This document shows positions 24,453 through 37,431 of a stretch of DNA of 63,885 nt, one piece after another; the stretch's first letter is position 1, and every line of letters starts with the position of its first letter. Under the pieces are notes generated by a model. That model saw only the letters and a program-made list of their open reading frames with translations, did not search any database and was not told where the DNA came from. Source of the stretch: Octopus bimaculoides (Eukaryota); assembly GCF_001194135.2 (NCBI RefSeq), contig NC_068989.1:3021161-3085045 (forward strand). Direction: 5' to 3'. The translations under genes were made by a program, and so were the position numbers.

Positions 24453-27232
24453 GTGTGTATTCATGCATGTATATTTTGATTTATGTCCAAAATAATGATA
24501 AAATTTTGGTAAATTTTTTAATTATTTAAAAAAATAAACGAAACAAAGGCAGTGTATTTCAATGGGGATATCTTAAGAAAAGGGTCAATATTTCAGTGAT
24601 TTATGCAACTAGAACAAATCCAGTTGAATTTGTTATGTATAATAGATTTTCTAAGTTCAATATAAGATCATAATAATAAACAAAATTGATTTTGCATTGC
24701 ATAACAAAGCGTAACATAAAATGAATAATATATTACATTACATATCAGCTGCAATGTAAGTATTTCAATAAAATAAACAAAATGCACGTATATATATTTG
24801 TATACACATACCATATTTACTTGTGTGTGGACATTGCACTATTTTATGTTTGATTTGAACGGAAATAACTGGGATGTGACTTATACATGTGTGCAACTTA
24901 TCCATAAGCAAATAAGGTATATATATATATATATATATACATACATACATGTACAAACACACACATATATTCATACATATATACATCACATCACATATAT
25001 ATATATGTGTGTGTGTTTGTGTGGAACCAAAAGCAACAGGCAAATGTAAGCGAGGCCCCATAACAAGCAATGTTTCATGTAATATAAAATCAAGGCCTGA
25101 AATCCAATGAAAAGGGTATGCATTGCTGTTGCGGGGCATACATTTTTGCATTGCGTTAGACTGCATTACAAATTGCAAATAAATAAATAAATAAATGAAT
25201 GAATGAATAAATGAATAAATAAAGTAGAACTGGGAGAAAGAGATTTGTGAACGAGCTTTATGAATGACGGGAATGAGCTTTATAGACAAGGTTCTGTAGG
25301 AGAATCTGTCTTTGAGTTACATCAAAATTATTACAAGAAATATAATACACAATGAATATTTAAATGAAAAGAATTATCGGGGGATCAGTATTGGCATTCC
25401 GTGTTTGAAAGTTAAAGAGAAAAATGTTCTCTGCATGTATATATTCATATGTGCATATATATATAACGTGGGTGACCCATTAGGAATTAAAACTAACAGG
25501 CAAATTTATGAACAAAGGTAGAAAATATTACCAGCATTGCTAGAAACAAGAGTCAAAAAAATGACTCAATTACTCACAAAAAGATGAGTAATTTTTGTGG
25601 CTAATTGAGACATTTTTTTTACTCTTGTTTCTAGCAATGCTAGTACTATTTTCTACCCTTGTTTATATATATNNNNNNNNNNNNNNNNNNNNNNNNNNNN
25701 NNNNNNNNNNNNNNNNNNNNNNNNNNNNNNNNNNNNNNNNNNNNNNNNNNNNNNNNNNNNNNNNNNNNNNNNNNNNNNNNNNNNNNNNNNNNNNNNNNNN
25801 NNNNNNNNNNNNNNNNNNNNNNNNNNNNNNNNNNNNNNNNNNNNNNNNNNNNNNNNNNNNNNNNNNNNNNNNNNNNNNNNNATATATATATACATATATA
25901 TATGTTTGCTTTTACATTCAGTTATAATTAAAATAATTTTACATTGATATGATGGGTGACTCCATACTTTTGTAGTGTACAAATTTATCATTCTTAACAA
26001 GAATATTATTGACAGCAGATATATATATATATATATATATATATAAAGAATGTATATGCATTATACATATGTGTACATATATACATATCAGTTAATTTAT
26101 CAAAATTAGTTAATTAATCAGTTAATTAAGACAATTGCTGTTATTCCATTTAGTTAATACGAAATGGACTTAAAGAGATAAGTTATCAACTCAGTAATGA
26201 AGATAAGAAGATAATATCAAATATGATAATAAACACGTAATCAACAACAACACCAAGAACAACATTTAAAAGCAGGAGATCGATAAAAGCTGCCTCTGGA
26301 TACTAGGAGAGGAAGGGTTCAATGCGGAGTTCATAAGGGTTCGATGAGGGGTACATATGGAGCCTGAATGACAACAACAACAACAACAACTACAACTACA
26401 ACAGTAATAAGCTCATCAGATGTAGTAGGAATAATAATAACAAGAAGAAGAAAGGCTGTTTAATGTTATGTGCAGGTGTGTGTTTGTGTACACGCGCGTG
26501 TGTGTGTGTAGTTATATGCATGTGAATGTATGTGTATGAGAGTGTGTGTTTGTGTGTGAATATATACATGTAAATGCCTGTGTATGAGAATGTATGCATA
26601 CATGTATATGTGTGTGCATATGTATGCAGTTATGTACATTAAATATGCATGAAAATGTGTGTGTGTATGTATGTGGTTATATGCATCACTACTTTTTAAA
26701 CCTGAGGTGTATAACAGGGAGGCTCATTCATAGGAGAAACGGGTTGAGTGATAGCTGAGAAAAAGGGAGGTTTGTATAAACTTGATTTAAATATAATTGT
26801 TTGGAGAGGTTCTAATGTAGATATATCCCAATCTCCAGCATTTTTCTGTTTGCATAGGTGGAGAGGTTCTTCTCCAGGCAAGGAGGTACTATCTTTTGTC
26901 ATGCATTTCATCCCTGTCATTGGCTCAAATCTTGTTCCTCCTTTTGTCCCATAAACACAAATAAAGGAATGTTGCTGTTGATGATATCAATGCTGTTCAT
27001 ACTGTTCTTCTTGTTTGTATTCAAATTGATGTATTAATACTTCCAATGCTATACTCCTGTCTCTTGTATTGTACAAATATAAGTATCTAAGTTTGAAATT
27101 TTGTCTGTGTTTGATGTTGTTTTTCAAATTATTTGGAAATGATTTGAGTGTATGTATGTCTACATTACTGCCATTGTCACGTCAATTGATTGATAGATAC
27201 CAACAAAGATGGGTTATAGTAAGAGAGTGTGA

Positions 27233-27273
<41 letters not shown>

Positions 27274-27639
27274 CACTCTTGCAATGCAGAAATATGTTCT
27301 GAGGTGGTCATCTTGTCTTGAAATATGAGTGATACATTGAAAATGGCCATTTATCAAAATGCTTAGATAGTTTAAAAGTGTCTAATGACAAACTTTCCTC
27401 GACATCAAATAATAGCAGTGGACATTGAAATATTCTGACACCCTTTAGTGGTAAAAAGGATCAAAAGAAAAATGTTTTTTATGAGGAAACCCCAGAGAAA
27501 ATATCTGGGACGTTGTTGTTCACTACGAACAACAACAACAACAATGACAATGATAACAACAACAACATCACCATCACCAACAATAATAGAAATGACAATT
27601 ATAATAATTTTTTTACATTGGAACAAAGCAATACATTTC

Positions 27640-27780
27640 AGAGAGAGAGGGTTGTTGATGAAATCAACTCCAGTACTAGACCTAAAGGCATGAAAGGATG
27701 AAAGGCAAAGTCCACCTTGGTAAACTCAGAACATAAATGAACGAGACGAAACACCATGAGGCATTTCATCCATCACTGTA
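27640..27780 (-). mobile_element. SINE family A, degenerate
   Basis: gaaaggatgaaaggcaaagtccacc...aaactcagaac. Confidence 0.7.
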
Positions 27781-28206
27781 ACTGAATCTGTCACAATTAT
27801 TTTTATCAGGAAATAAAAAAGAAAATCACATGCTTGAGACATGCATCATTACTTTTAGTTTCCCCATTGTATTTTAAAGGGGGAATAACACCATCAGACA
27901 GCCAGTCATGCATATATGTCAGTAATGGATGGGTAAACAATAGAGCACGAAGAAAGCAGCAGCAGCAGCAGCAGACCAAACATTGCCATCTACAGGAAAC
28001 TGGGAGACTGTACCAAGTGCGAGCAAGTGCAATATGCAGGATCTATGGAGGCAACAACATTGATAGCAGTTCTACATTTAGTTCTTTATGCACACTCATG
28101 TTGCAACAAGCAACAGTTTCTGTGCACACATGTATTTATGCATCATACACACATACATGTGTGTATATATATATACATACATATATACATATACACATAC
28201 ATACAT

Positions 28207-28257
<51 letters not shown>

Positions 28258-29080
28258 NNNNNNNNNNNNNNNNNNNNNNNNNNNNNNNNNNNNNNNNNNN
28301 NNNNNNNNNNNNNNNNNNNNNNNNNNNNNNNNNNNNNNNNNNNNNNNNNNNNNNNNNNNNNNNNNNNNNNNNNNNNNNNNNNNNNNNNNNNNNNNNNNNN
28401 NNNNNNNNNNNNNNNNNNNNNNNNNNNNNNNNNNNNNNNNNNNNNNNNNNNNNNNNNNNNNNNNNNNNNNNNNNNNTATATATATATATGTATGTATATA
28501 TGTATGTATATATGTATATATATCCACCTTCTTTCCTTCATGGTCCTTTTCAGTGCATTGGATCAGGGTTATCTTTGATTTCAGTTGATGTTAAGTGGAT
28601 GAGAGACAAGTTTTCCCCTGGATGGTATGCTAGTCTATTGTAACCTTTAGGTACCATGAGGAAGTACAATTCACCACCATAAGCAGAAAATGAGGATTAC
28701 CATAAAATTATTTTGTATGGATTTGACAGGAGGTCACAAATGTGTAAGGCAAAGCTATTATTGATTAAAATCAATAATTACTTCAAGCCTGGTTCTCATT
28801 TATCAACTCTGGAGAGAAGACAGAATTCGAGATTTGGACTTGCTCACTGAGTCAGGACAGAACTGATTCATCTGCCGTTTTACCATTTCCTTTACTGCCG
28901 ACTTCTTTTGTTTTGGAAATAATAATATTGCTCATGGGTAGAAAGCCCAAGATTCCTGTTGTTGCCTAATGCCAGGTTAATCCTGATTGTCACAGACCTT
29001 TCATTGGAAGCATTCCACCTGAATGGTCATCTTTATCCATATTTATGTACCAGATTCCTTCCACCAATACATTGGTGTAT

Positions 29081-29166
<86 letters not shown>

Positions 29167-29765
29167 GAGCGTGTGTGTGTATGTACAGAGGTGAAGTCAG
29201 GGGTGAATTATGCCTGCTTAATCTACAAAAAAAAAAATAAAGTATTTTGCAGTTGATGCATAGTAAACAGACTAACCTTCACAATTTTATTGAATTAAGT
29301 GCATATTTTGCCATGAGAGGAAAATGTTACTATCGATCTATTTTATCAAAGGTAGGCACTGCCTACCTTGCCTACCCAGACGGTACGTCCCTGTTGAGAG
29401 TATATATATATATATATACATATTACTATATAGTTAGTTATTAATTAGCAGGAGGAAAATGACATATTCAGTTCAATGTTAGATGTGTCTAATTTCCCTT
29501 GATTTGCAGAACCTGAGGTTGAAGCATGGGTTAGGCATCTTTTCCCAGTGTATTAGTGTCTCACTTCTACTTAGAATCCAATGAAAACTGAGGACAAGCT
29601 CCAATGCACTGCAAAACCTCTTACAAAGAGGCTGTTGAGATCAAACAGGAAGGAACATTGGATGCAGAAATACTTGTGTGTGCATACATAAACATACACA
29701 CAGACACACGCATGTACATACATATACATACATAAATATATACATATATAAATATATACACATAC

Positions 29766-29858
<93 letters not shown>

Positions 29859-31193
29859 TATAAATACATATATATATTTATTTTTATATATATATATATG
29901 AAATAAAAATAAACACTTTTTTCCCTGTTACCTGAGAGCGGAATCTCTTAGGTGAAGAGATGCGTATAAATCTTGCAACTCCATCCTTTAATTTTTTTTT
30001 TTTTAGATAAGAAATAAAAAAAAAGTGAAAAAAAGAGAGAGAAAGAAAAGAAATGTGTTAGAAAATAAATCACAAGAAAAAAAGCAAAATAAAAGTATCA
30101 TTCATTTAAAGAAATATCAATTGAGCAGGCAATGATTTCAGACCACAACATCACATGTGAATACTTTTATACATTTGTAATGCTTCATAGCATTGGGATA
30201 AAAAAAAACATAATTTAATATTCTTTTAATGAAGGAAAAAGAAAACATAAATTCTGAATGCGTACATGATGTTTTGATATATATGATCTGAGGAGTTTGT
30301 TTTTCATATTATACACCTCTAGAAAGTAATATACAATTATTACATAATGCTAACTATTCATATTGATGTAAAATGTATATATATACATTAATTTAGAATG
30401 GGGAAATTAATAATAGGATATTCAAAAATTATGGAACAGCTATAATCATAAGAAAATCATATGGAAAATACATATGTGTATTCACCTCTTATACCACCTT
30501 ATTTTATGATTACACACAAACACACACATATACACAGAGAAAGATATAAGGATGAGTGCATATTGTATTGGCATATACACTTTTAGTGAATGTATGTATA
30601 TGTAATTTTCCCTTTTATTGCCAATGAATGTGAATATATACATACATGCACACACACTCATGTGTTATGTAACCTCACTGCAGTACCCCACCTTGCCTGT
30701 ATTTAGCAATTCTCAAAAACATAAATGTAATCACATGAATTCAATAAATATAAATTGCTTTAAAAAGATGCCAACAAAGTTCTTCAGTTGGTTTGGTAAT
30801 ATTGGTTTCCTCAGAACTGTTGTGTCCAACTAATTTCAACCAAAATGGGTTGAAACTGAGTTTTATTAAAATTCACATACATATGAAAAAAAACAAAAAA
30901 AAACAAAGATATATGGAACCTGAAAGTTATATAAGTCTATGGTTTGTACCTTGAAGAGATGTGCGCTACATGGAATTTCAGCTGCCTAGGGGTGGGGCCG
31001 AGACTGCATATGTGTGCACATTTACATACAATCACCTTTGTATATAACTATTGGAATTTCCAAATATTCTTATATCAGTCACTGGCTAAATTGGGTCTGA
31101 GGTTTGTATATTTATGTACCTTATTCCCACCTCACACCCGATCCCTCTGCTTTACTCATTTGTACCTTAAAGGTTCACCCTGACACTTGATTG

Positions 31194-31488
31194 CAGTGGC
31201 GGACTGGGTCTAAAAATACTGGTTGCCAGGAGACTAAGGGGGACCAGCCACAACTACGATGCTATCATTTAATTTTTTTTCTTTTTTGTTAAAAGTATTT
31301 TTTTTAATTGTCTACAAACACAGCCAAACTGAAATAATTAACGCATTCTCCCAGGAGTGAATAAAAAAATTCTCAAACTTGAAGGGATGGGTCCCTTCGA
31401 TATTAACATGGGCCCTATGTATGGATTCTAATGGCGCAGGGGCCCATTTGCCATCGGGCAAGCGGGCAACCTGTCCAGTCCGCCACTG
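31194..31488. mobile_element. hAT-superfamily MITE, 295 bp, intact ends
   Basis: Perfect 14-bp TIR cagtggcggactgg (31194-31207) / ccagtccgccactg (31475-31488); perfect 8-bp TSD cttgattg (31186-31193 and 31489-31496). Confidence 0.92.
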
Positions 31489-31582
31489 CTTGATTGCCAT
31501 TATCTTTTCTATTGATCTCAAGCCCTTCTTGACCATTCCAACCCAGGCATAAGAAATTGATGTTAAAATGGAAATGAATGTA

Positions 31583-31645
<63 letters not shown>

Positions 31646-32839
31646 TATTTATGTGAATGCGTTCATATTCTAGTCTTCATGCGTGTTCACTGAGTGTAAA
31701 CAACGGCCTTGCTATATCCTTTGCCCTTACAGTCCAGGCTTCTTGGTGTATCGAGACATGTCATGTGACCTTTGTAAACAAAAGACTCATTCAGGTGTTG
31801 TTTACATCCCATTCTCCACAAAGCCTTGACTGAACCTGTTATTGTTTCGTAGACTGAGGGATTATTATCATGCTTGGAAGCAGGTGAGGATTGGCATCAG
31901 GTGCCTGGTTATAGAACTCTGCTCCACTGAAATCTAATCTGAGACCAATGCAAGCATGGGAAACACTTAAGATGATTACGCAACTCCTGGTCTTTAGTAA
32001 ATTCTTTAATTTCATATTATTCTCCATCCTTGTCTAATGCTTTATTGTGAGACATTTCTATAATGAGTTCTAAAATCAGATCGTTAGTATTGCTGTGTCA
32101 AAGTGAAATCAAATCTTAACATACATGCATACACACACACATGCACATTAACCACCCCCACACAAACATTGACACTGTATACACACATAATACATACACA
32201 TACACATTAACCACACACATTCCCACACAAACACTGAAACTATGTACATACATAATGCACACACACAGACATACAAAAAAAACATACACACATGTATACA
32301 CACATGCATATATATACATGTTTATATAAACACATGCACACATACATACACAGCACATACCTACATCAACATGTGCTCCTGTATTACAATCAACTCTGTA
32401 ACCACGGGGTCAAATTTCTTTAAATAGACTTTTATTGTGAAGTTACATGATGCAATGCTGCTTATATGATATGTTAACCTTTTCTTTTTAAAGGTTACCA
32501 GCATTGAATAATTTCCATCTGCCACAGCAGCGGCAGTAGCAGCAGCAGCGGCAGTAGCAGCAGCAGCAGCAGCACCGCCGCCACCATTACTAATGTCAAG
32601 GTCAGCAGTACTTCTGTTACGATCTCTCTCTATTTTGTTTGTGATTTCGACCCCTCGTCTCTAAAGTACCCCCCACCTCACTGATGGGACCCCAAACTTC
32701 AACATTCGAATGGTAATCACTACACCAATCATCATTAACCACCAACGCCACTCACCACACCTGTTGCCAGCAACCCCACTCCGCCTACTACTACTACTAC
32801 CTTATGAAGCACTATATATATATACATATATATATACAT

Positions 32840-32895
<56 letters not shown>

Positions 32896-33664
32896 AAACT
32901 GAAAAAACTTGACTCCGTCAGTCACGAATGACCCTGGGTGCACGTAAGCGAACACACAACCTAGGGTTGTTTTTGTGAAAGACCAGCAGTCGCCCATGCA
33001 CACCAGCCCCCCCTCTCCACGCCACCGATGTGATTGCTGGAGTCGGTGTTCAAGCTCTGGTATGAAACCAATCAGCAAGCAAAAGCAGGTCCAAAGAACT
33101 GAGTTAAATCAATAAATTCTTTTCCATCGTTGATTCAGAAAAATTTATAATCCCCACCTTGTCTCCAATTTATGCAAAATTACGCAAAATAATACGAATA
33201 CAATAAACAGGCAAATAATATTTTAATTATAGTATTGGCATGATTTAAAATGTTTTCAAGGGACATAACTCTACAAAAGATTGTCAAAATATGAGTTAAT
33301 TCCCTTTGATATATTTGAAAATTTACAATTTTCACCCCCCCCTTTTTTTCTTACTAATGTATGCCAGACTGGTTTTTAAACTGAAAAGTACCAGCTCCAT
33401 CTCACGAAACATTTTTCTCCACAACTCTTAATTTACGAGGAGAAGGAATAGAATTTGTAGCCATATTCTTTCCCCGCTATGGTGCTGCACAGTAATTTGG
33501 CAGCCTCGATGCTAACGCGGCAACCCGCCTTCACATCTGAGAAACAACGCTTTTAACCACTCTCTCAGTAATTAACGATACCCCTTCTTCTTAAAACAAT
33601 TTACAGTAGTATCTCATTCCGAAGCATATTAAAACAAGTAAATGTTTATTTTAGCTGCAACAAT

Positions 33665-33798
33665 CTAAGCACTGCCGATTTCTTCCGCAAAATCGGGCCA
33701 ACTGCGGCCCGGCTGAAGCATGAGCCTTTCGAGAAGAGGTGGATATTGCTGGCCATTCTTCACAGCCACACCTTTGCAATTCCGTTCACGAGGCACAG
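33665..33798 (-). CDS. Candidate exon 4 (terminal) of unrecognised small gene: (A)VPRERNCKGVAVKNGQQYPPLLERLMLQPGRSWPDFAEEIGSA*
   Basis: Acceptor gtgtttctag| (weak pyrimidine tract); phase compatible with candidate exon 3; AATAAA at 33645-33650, 15 nt past the stop. Confidence 0.25.
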
Positions 33799-34360
33799 CT
33801 AGAAACACCCTTTGTTCTGGGGTGTACAACCCACTACTCCTTCCCACCCCATCTTCTGCTGCTTAATCCCCACCCCCCCTTTTTTTTTTCTCTTTTTCTT
33901 TGTTTCCTTTGTGAGGTAGTTATGTTTTCCTCCTCTCTCGATAATTTAATCGTTTATACTTTTAATCATTTTTACTTTCTTTTCTTCCAGTAAAAATATG
34001 TTGTTAAAAAACGAAAAACAAAGCCCAGTTCTCCACTTAATCATAAATTCTGGACACATATATCCAGACCCAAATGAACAACAGTAGTCGGTGTTAGTTC
34101 TGCCGTTTTACCATTTATCTACGTCACTTATAGACTAATAATATGTGACAATGAAGTCTCAATGGGTATTTCGATCTGCAAGAAATGACAGCCAAATATC
34201 CTCAAATCGTATTAGTGAAATACCGAGGTAATTGTACCTAATACAGTCACACCAACCCCCGCAATACAAATGATTGGTTTTTAATTAAATTGGAACTCAT
34301 TATTAAAGAGATGAGACGGGGAATTGAAAAGTACGAGACAAAATGCGTTGTAGTTTACAC

Positions 34361-34423
34361 CATAAGGATTTAGAGACTTCGAGAGAACGCGAAAGAATTC
34401 GTTTTTAATAGTCGAACTTAAAG
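34361..34423 (-). CDS. Candidate exon 3: (T)LSSTIKNEFFRVLSKSLNPY
   Basis: Acceptor ctgttaactatag|, donor G|gtgtaa (weak); 63 nt, phase 1-1; the only open frame of three. Confidence 0.25.
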
Positions 34424-34727
34424 CTATAGTTAACAGCAGGTAAATATCAAGTAAAAAGTTTCGATGGTGGTAAGAACAAAGATTCTAAGATGGATACAGA
34501 AGCTCTAAGACTCTAAGGATTGGCTTTGGTCCAAAGGCAGAACATTTTGTGGTATTTAGTTACATCCCGTTTCCTGCAGGAGTTAAGTTTTAATTTTATC
34601 TCCTATTATCGAAAAAAGATTAAAGAAAAAAAAAAAAAAACCNNNNNNNNNNAAAAAAAAAAAAAAAAAACCCTCAAAACTACCAATAATATATAGAGTC
34701 GATTAAATCGATTACATCCAATCTCAC

Positions 34728-34849
34728 TCAGATTCCATGGCTTTGGAATATTCTTATCTTCCCCTACCATATTTTTTTCTTTTCGCATTTTCGCGTCACG
34801 AGTTCGAGCCCGATCCCTTTCAATAATGTTATTTATTCCGTCGAGGCCC
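34728..34849 (-). CDS. Candidate exon 2: (E)GLDGINNIIERDRARTRDAKMRKEKNMVGEDKNIPKPWNL
   Basis: Acceptor ttccgcttgtatttaag|, donor A|gtgaga (alternative ATG|gtaggg at 34768); 122 nt, phase 2-1. Confidence 0.3.
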
Positions 34850-35377
34850 CTTAAATACAAGCGGAACTCTAAGGATAAAAGTTGTCTTCTTTAACCTGTA
34901 AAATATGAAGACATCATGGAGACTGAGATGTATGAGTTGTCCCAACCAAATGAGATAATATTCTATTCAAGTGAAAAATACTCGACCTGCTAGAAATAGC
35001 AATCAAATTTATCTTCCCCAACTCACAGCTTACCAACTTTTTAGACAATTTCAGTATATATCAGAATACATTGGATAATTTGGAGTATAATATGTTTATA
35101 AGAAAGCGACTAAAATAGTCACGACTAGAATGTTTTAATCATAAATCTACTTAATTAGGGCCAATTAGTGATTAAACACGAAATTCATTAACAATTTGTG
35201 TCCCACTTATAAATGTAATTTTCAGAAACTACAAGCGGCATAACTCTATTCTAACCTAAACGATTGTGTAATTCGCTTTGACTTATTTCCCTTTATGTTC
35301 TGTTATTTTAAGTCTGCTTTCCACTCGTTTTCTCTTTCCCATTCTCGTCAGAATCTCCGCAAATCTACGAAACCTAC

Positions 35378-35505
35378 TCATCGAGTCTGGTTAATTTTCT
35401 CCTGGCCTTGGGAACAATAACTACTTTATCTGTTGCTGTCGCCATTTTTGGCATTCGTATTTGTCTTACTTTGACTGGTGGAAGAGTGGTGGTTTTGTGA
35501 TACAT
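35378..35505 (-). CDS. Candidate exon 1: MYHKTTTLPPVKVRQIRMPK-MATATDKVVIVPKARRKLTRLD
   Basis: In-frame ATGs at 35505 and 35445 (context aaaaATGGCG, YY1/Kozak-like); donor GA|gtaggt. Confidence 0.3.
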
Positions 35506-36061
35506 GTGAGAAAACACACACACACACACACAAATGCTTAAGGCCTGACGAGAAACTATCAGCTAAAAATGGAGCTTCTATCTATTGTTTAAGCTAATAG
35601 CTTCCACAATGTAATAAACCATTCTTTTTGTTACAGAATGTGAAGCTGTTGACTTGCCAGAGAGAAAATAAGCAATGAAACAACTACAGGGAGATGGAAT
35701 TCGACCCCCAGACGTCGAGACATAAACAAACGGATGCACCTCCAGACAGTCTGTTGTAATATTGGATGTTCCTAGTTCGTATAAAACGAAACTTCACACA
35801 TGTTGACGAAAGTCAGAACTAATCGTTGGTTACAGTTTCCCAATGGAGCAATCACTGGTTCACCCTATTTATGGTGATGCGACGAACCATCTTCGCACCT
35901 AAAGCAGAACAAACACCAAAAAGTATTTTTGTTCTAAAGCAAAGTTTAATTTTTTTTTTTAACGATGTTTATATCTTTCGCCTGTATACATTATGAATGC
36001 TATACATACAGATACATGCAATTTATCCACATCTGGCTGACTTTCGCTTGCCTACATCTGC

Positions 36062-36295
36062 AGCGAAGGCGTACGGCTCATTGGTTAGGGAGTTGCACTC
36101 ACGATCACAAGATCGACTTCTGGACCGAGTGGTCCGTTGTGTTCTTAAGCGAAACATTTCATTTTACGTTGTTCCAGTCCACTTGGCCGTAAATGTGACT
36201 GACCAGCGTCCCATTCAGGTGGACTGCTGTGATTCCAGTCACTTATACTCCGTGGAAACTGAATAACCGACCTGATGAGTCCTGGGGCCCGAGGC
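36062..36295 (+). mobile_element. SINE family D with internal deletions
   Basis: ggcgtacggctcattggttagg...gttgttccagtccacttggccgtaaa...atgagtcctgggg. Confidence 0.75.
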
Positions 36296-37091
36296 AGAAA
36301 ACATGCTCACTTATATGCATTAATATATATATCGAATTGCTTCGGCACAGGTTCCATCTAAATTTTAGCCTTTGTCAATTTAAAGCTAAGATAGGAGACT
36401 CTTGGAAAAGGCACGACAGTCTGAGATGTGGAACCGTAAGCATATAAAGTGAACTTCTTAATCGAACAGTCACACATAGTTTTGTTCCTTCACACAAATA
36501 CTGCCCTCTCGGATGTTCTCTCGGATGCTCGCCTCACTCCCGACCCTTGTGTGCAGATGTTTACCAACACAAAATGATTATCAACTGTATCAGTGTTAGC
36601 AGCGTGTGAGGAGGACCTGGACAGCTTAAGCACTTCTGACTAGTTAGTAAAATAAATTAAGAGGATGTTAATTTTGCTGTACATAAGATCACATTAGTAA
36701 CCACAAAGATTTTTTTTTTAGTGTCTATGCACTCACACACACACACACACACGTGCATGTTTGTGTGTGTGTGTGTGCATATCTATTTGGCCATTTTATG
36801 CACAACTGTAGAACATATCTGTTTACGAGTGCATATCTCTTTGGCCATTATCAGTAATTGATAAACGTACATAATCAAATGACATATGATATTTGTTGAT
36901 TCCTAATTAACTTAATTACATCCAAAGCTGAATATTTGGTTTCTTTTCTCTCTGAAACTTTTGATGTTCTTTGATCCACGAGAAAAAACCCGGATGGAAA
37001 CCAAAATTTAGTGGCTGAGAGAAGTTGTTTTTAATTTCTTTATTTTTTTTCTGCTTTGTTTTACCTAATTTTAATAAGTGGAGAAATGCTA

Positions 37092-37130
<39 letters not shown>

Positions 37131-37417
37131 ATATACAATGGTCTTTCAGTTTTCATCTACAAAAATCCACTTGTAAGGCTTTGGCCAGCCCAGGGTTATA
37201 ATAGAGGACGCTGGTCCACCTGCAATAGTCGAGGGATTACTGTAGTAGAGAATGGTTTTATACTTTTTATCAATTTCATAAGGATGAAAGGTGAATATAG
37301 ATCCTGGCATGGCTGTGTGGTAAACAGCAGAAGTGAGCTAGAACGTTAAAACTTAGTGCCCATGGCCAGCAGAGGTCAATCTGTGCCAAGCGGCTTCACT
37401 CTGCACGCTTTAGCTTT

Positions 37418-37431
37418 GTTACTATGGCAAC
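37418..37431. promoter_or_regulatory. RFX X-box motif GTTACTATGGCAAC
   Basis: Differs from the palindromic GTTGCCATGGCAAC consensus at two positions; lies in unique CpG-containing sequence. Confidence 0.5.

Noticed and set aside
29510-29640. Minus frame [18 protein letters not shown]... after a good acceptor, faintly RUN-domain-like
   Set aside because: The resemblance is only a few residues, the donor is ambiguous, and no neighbouring exons support it.
32501-32662. Minus frame RRGVEITNKIERDRNRSTADLDISNGGGGAAAAAATAAAA...YSML between AG and GT
   Set aside because: The acceptor lacks a pyrimidine tract and half of the frame is a (GCT)n microsatellite.
36268-36300. CTGATGAgtcc...agaaa hammerhead-like motif
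   Set aside because: It is a point variant of the family D SINE tail (cctatgagtcctggg at 7531 and 14213), with no proper helix II or GAAA.
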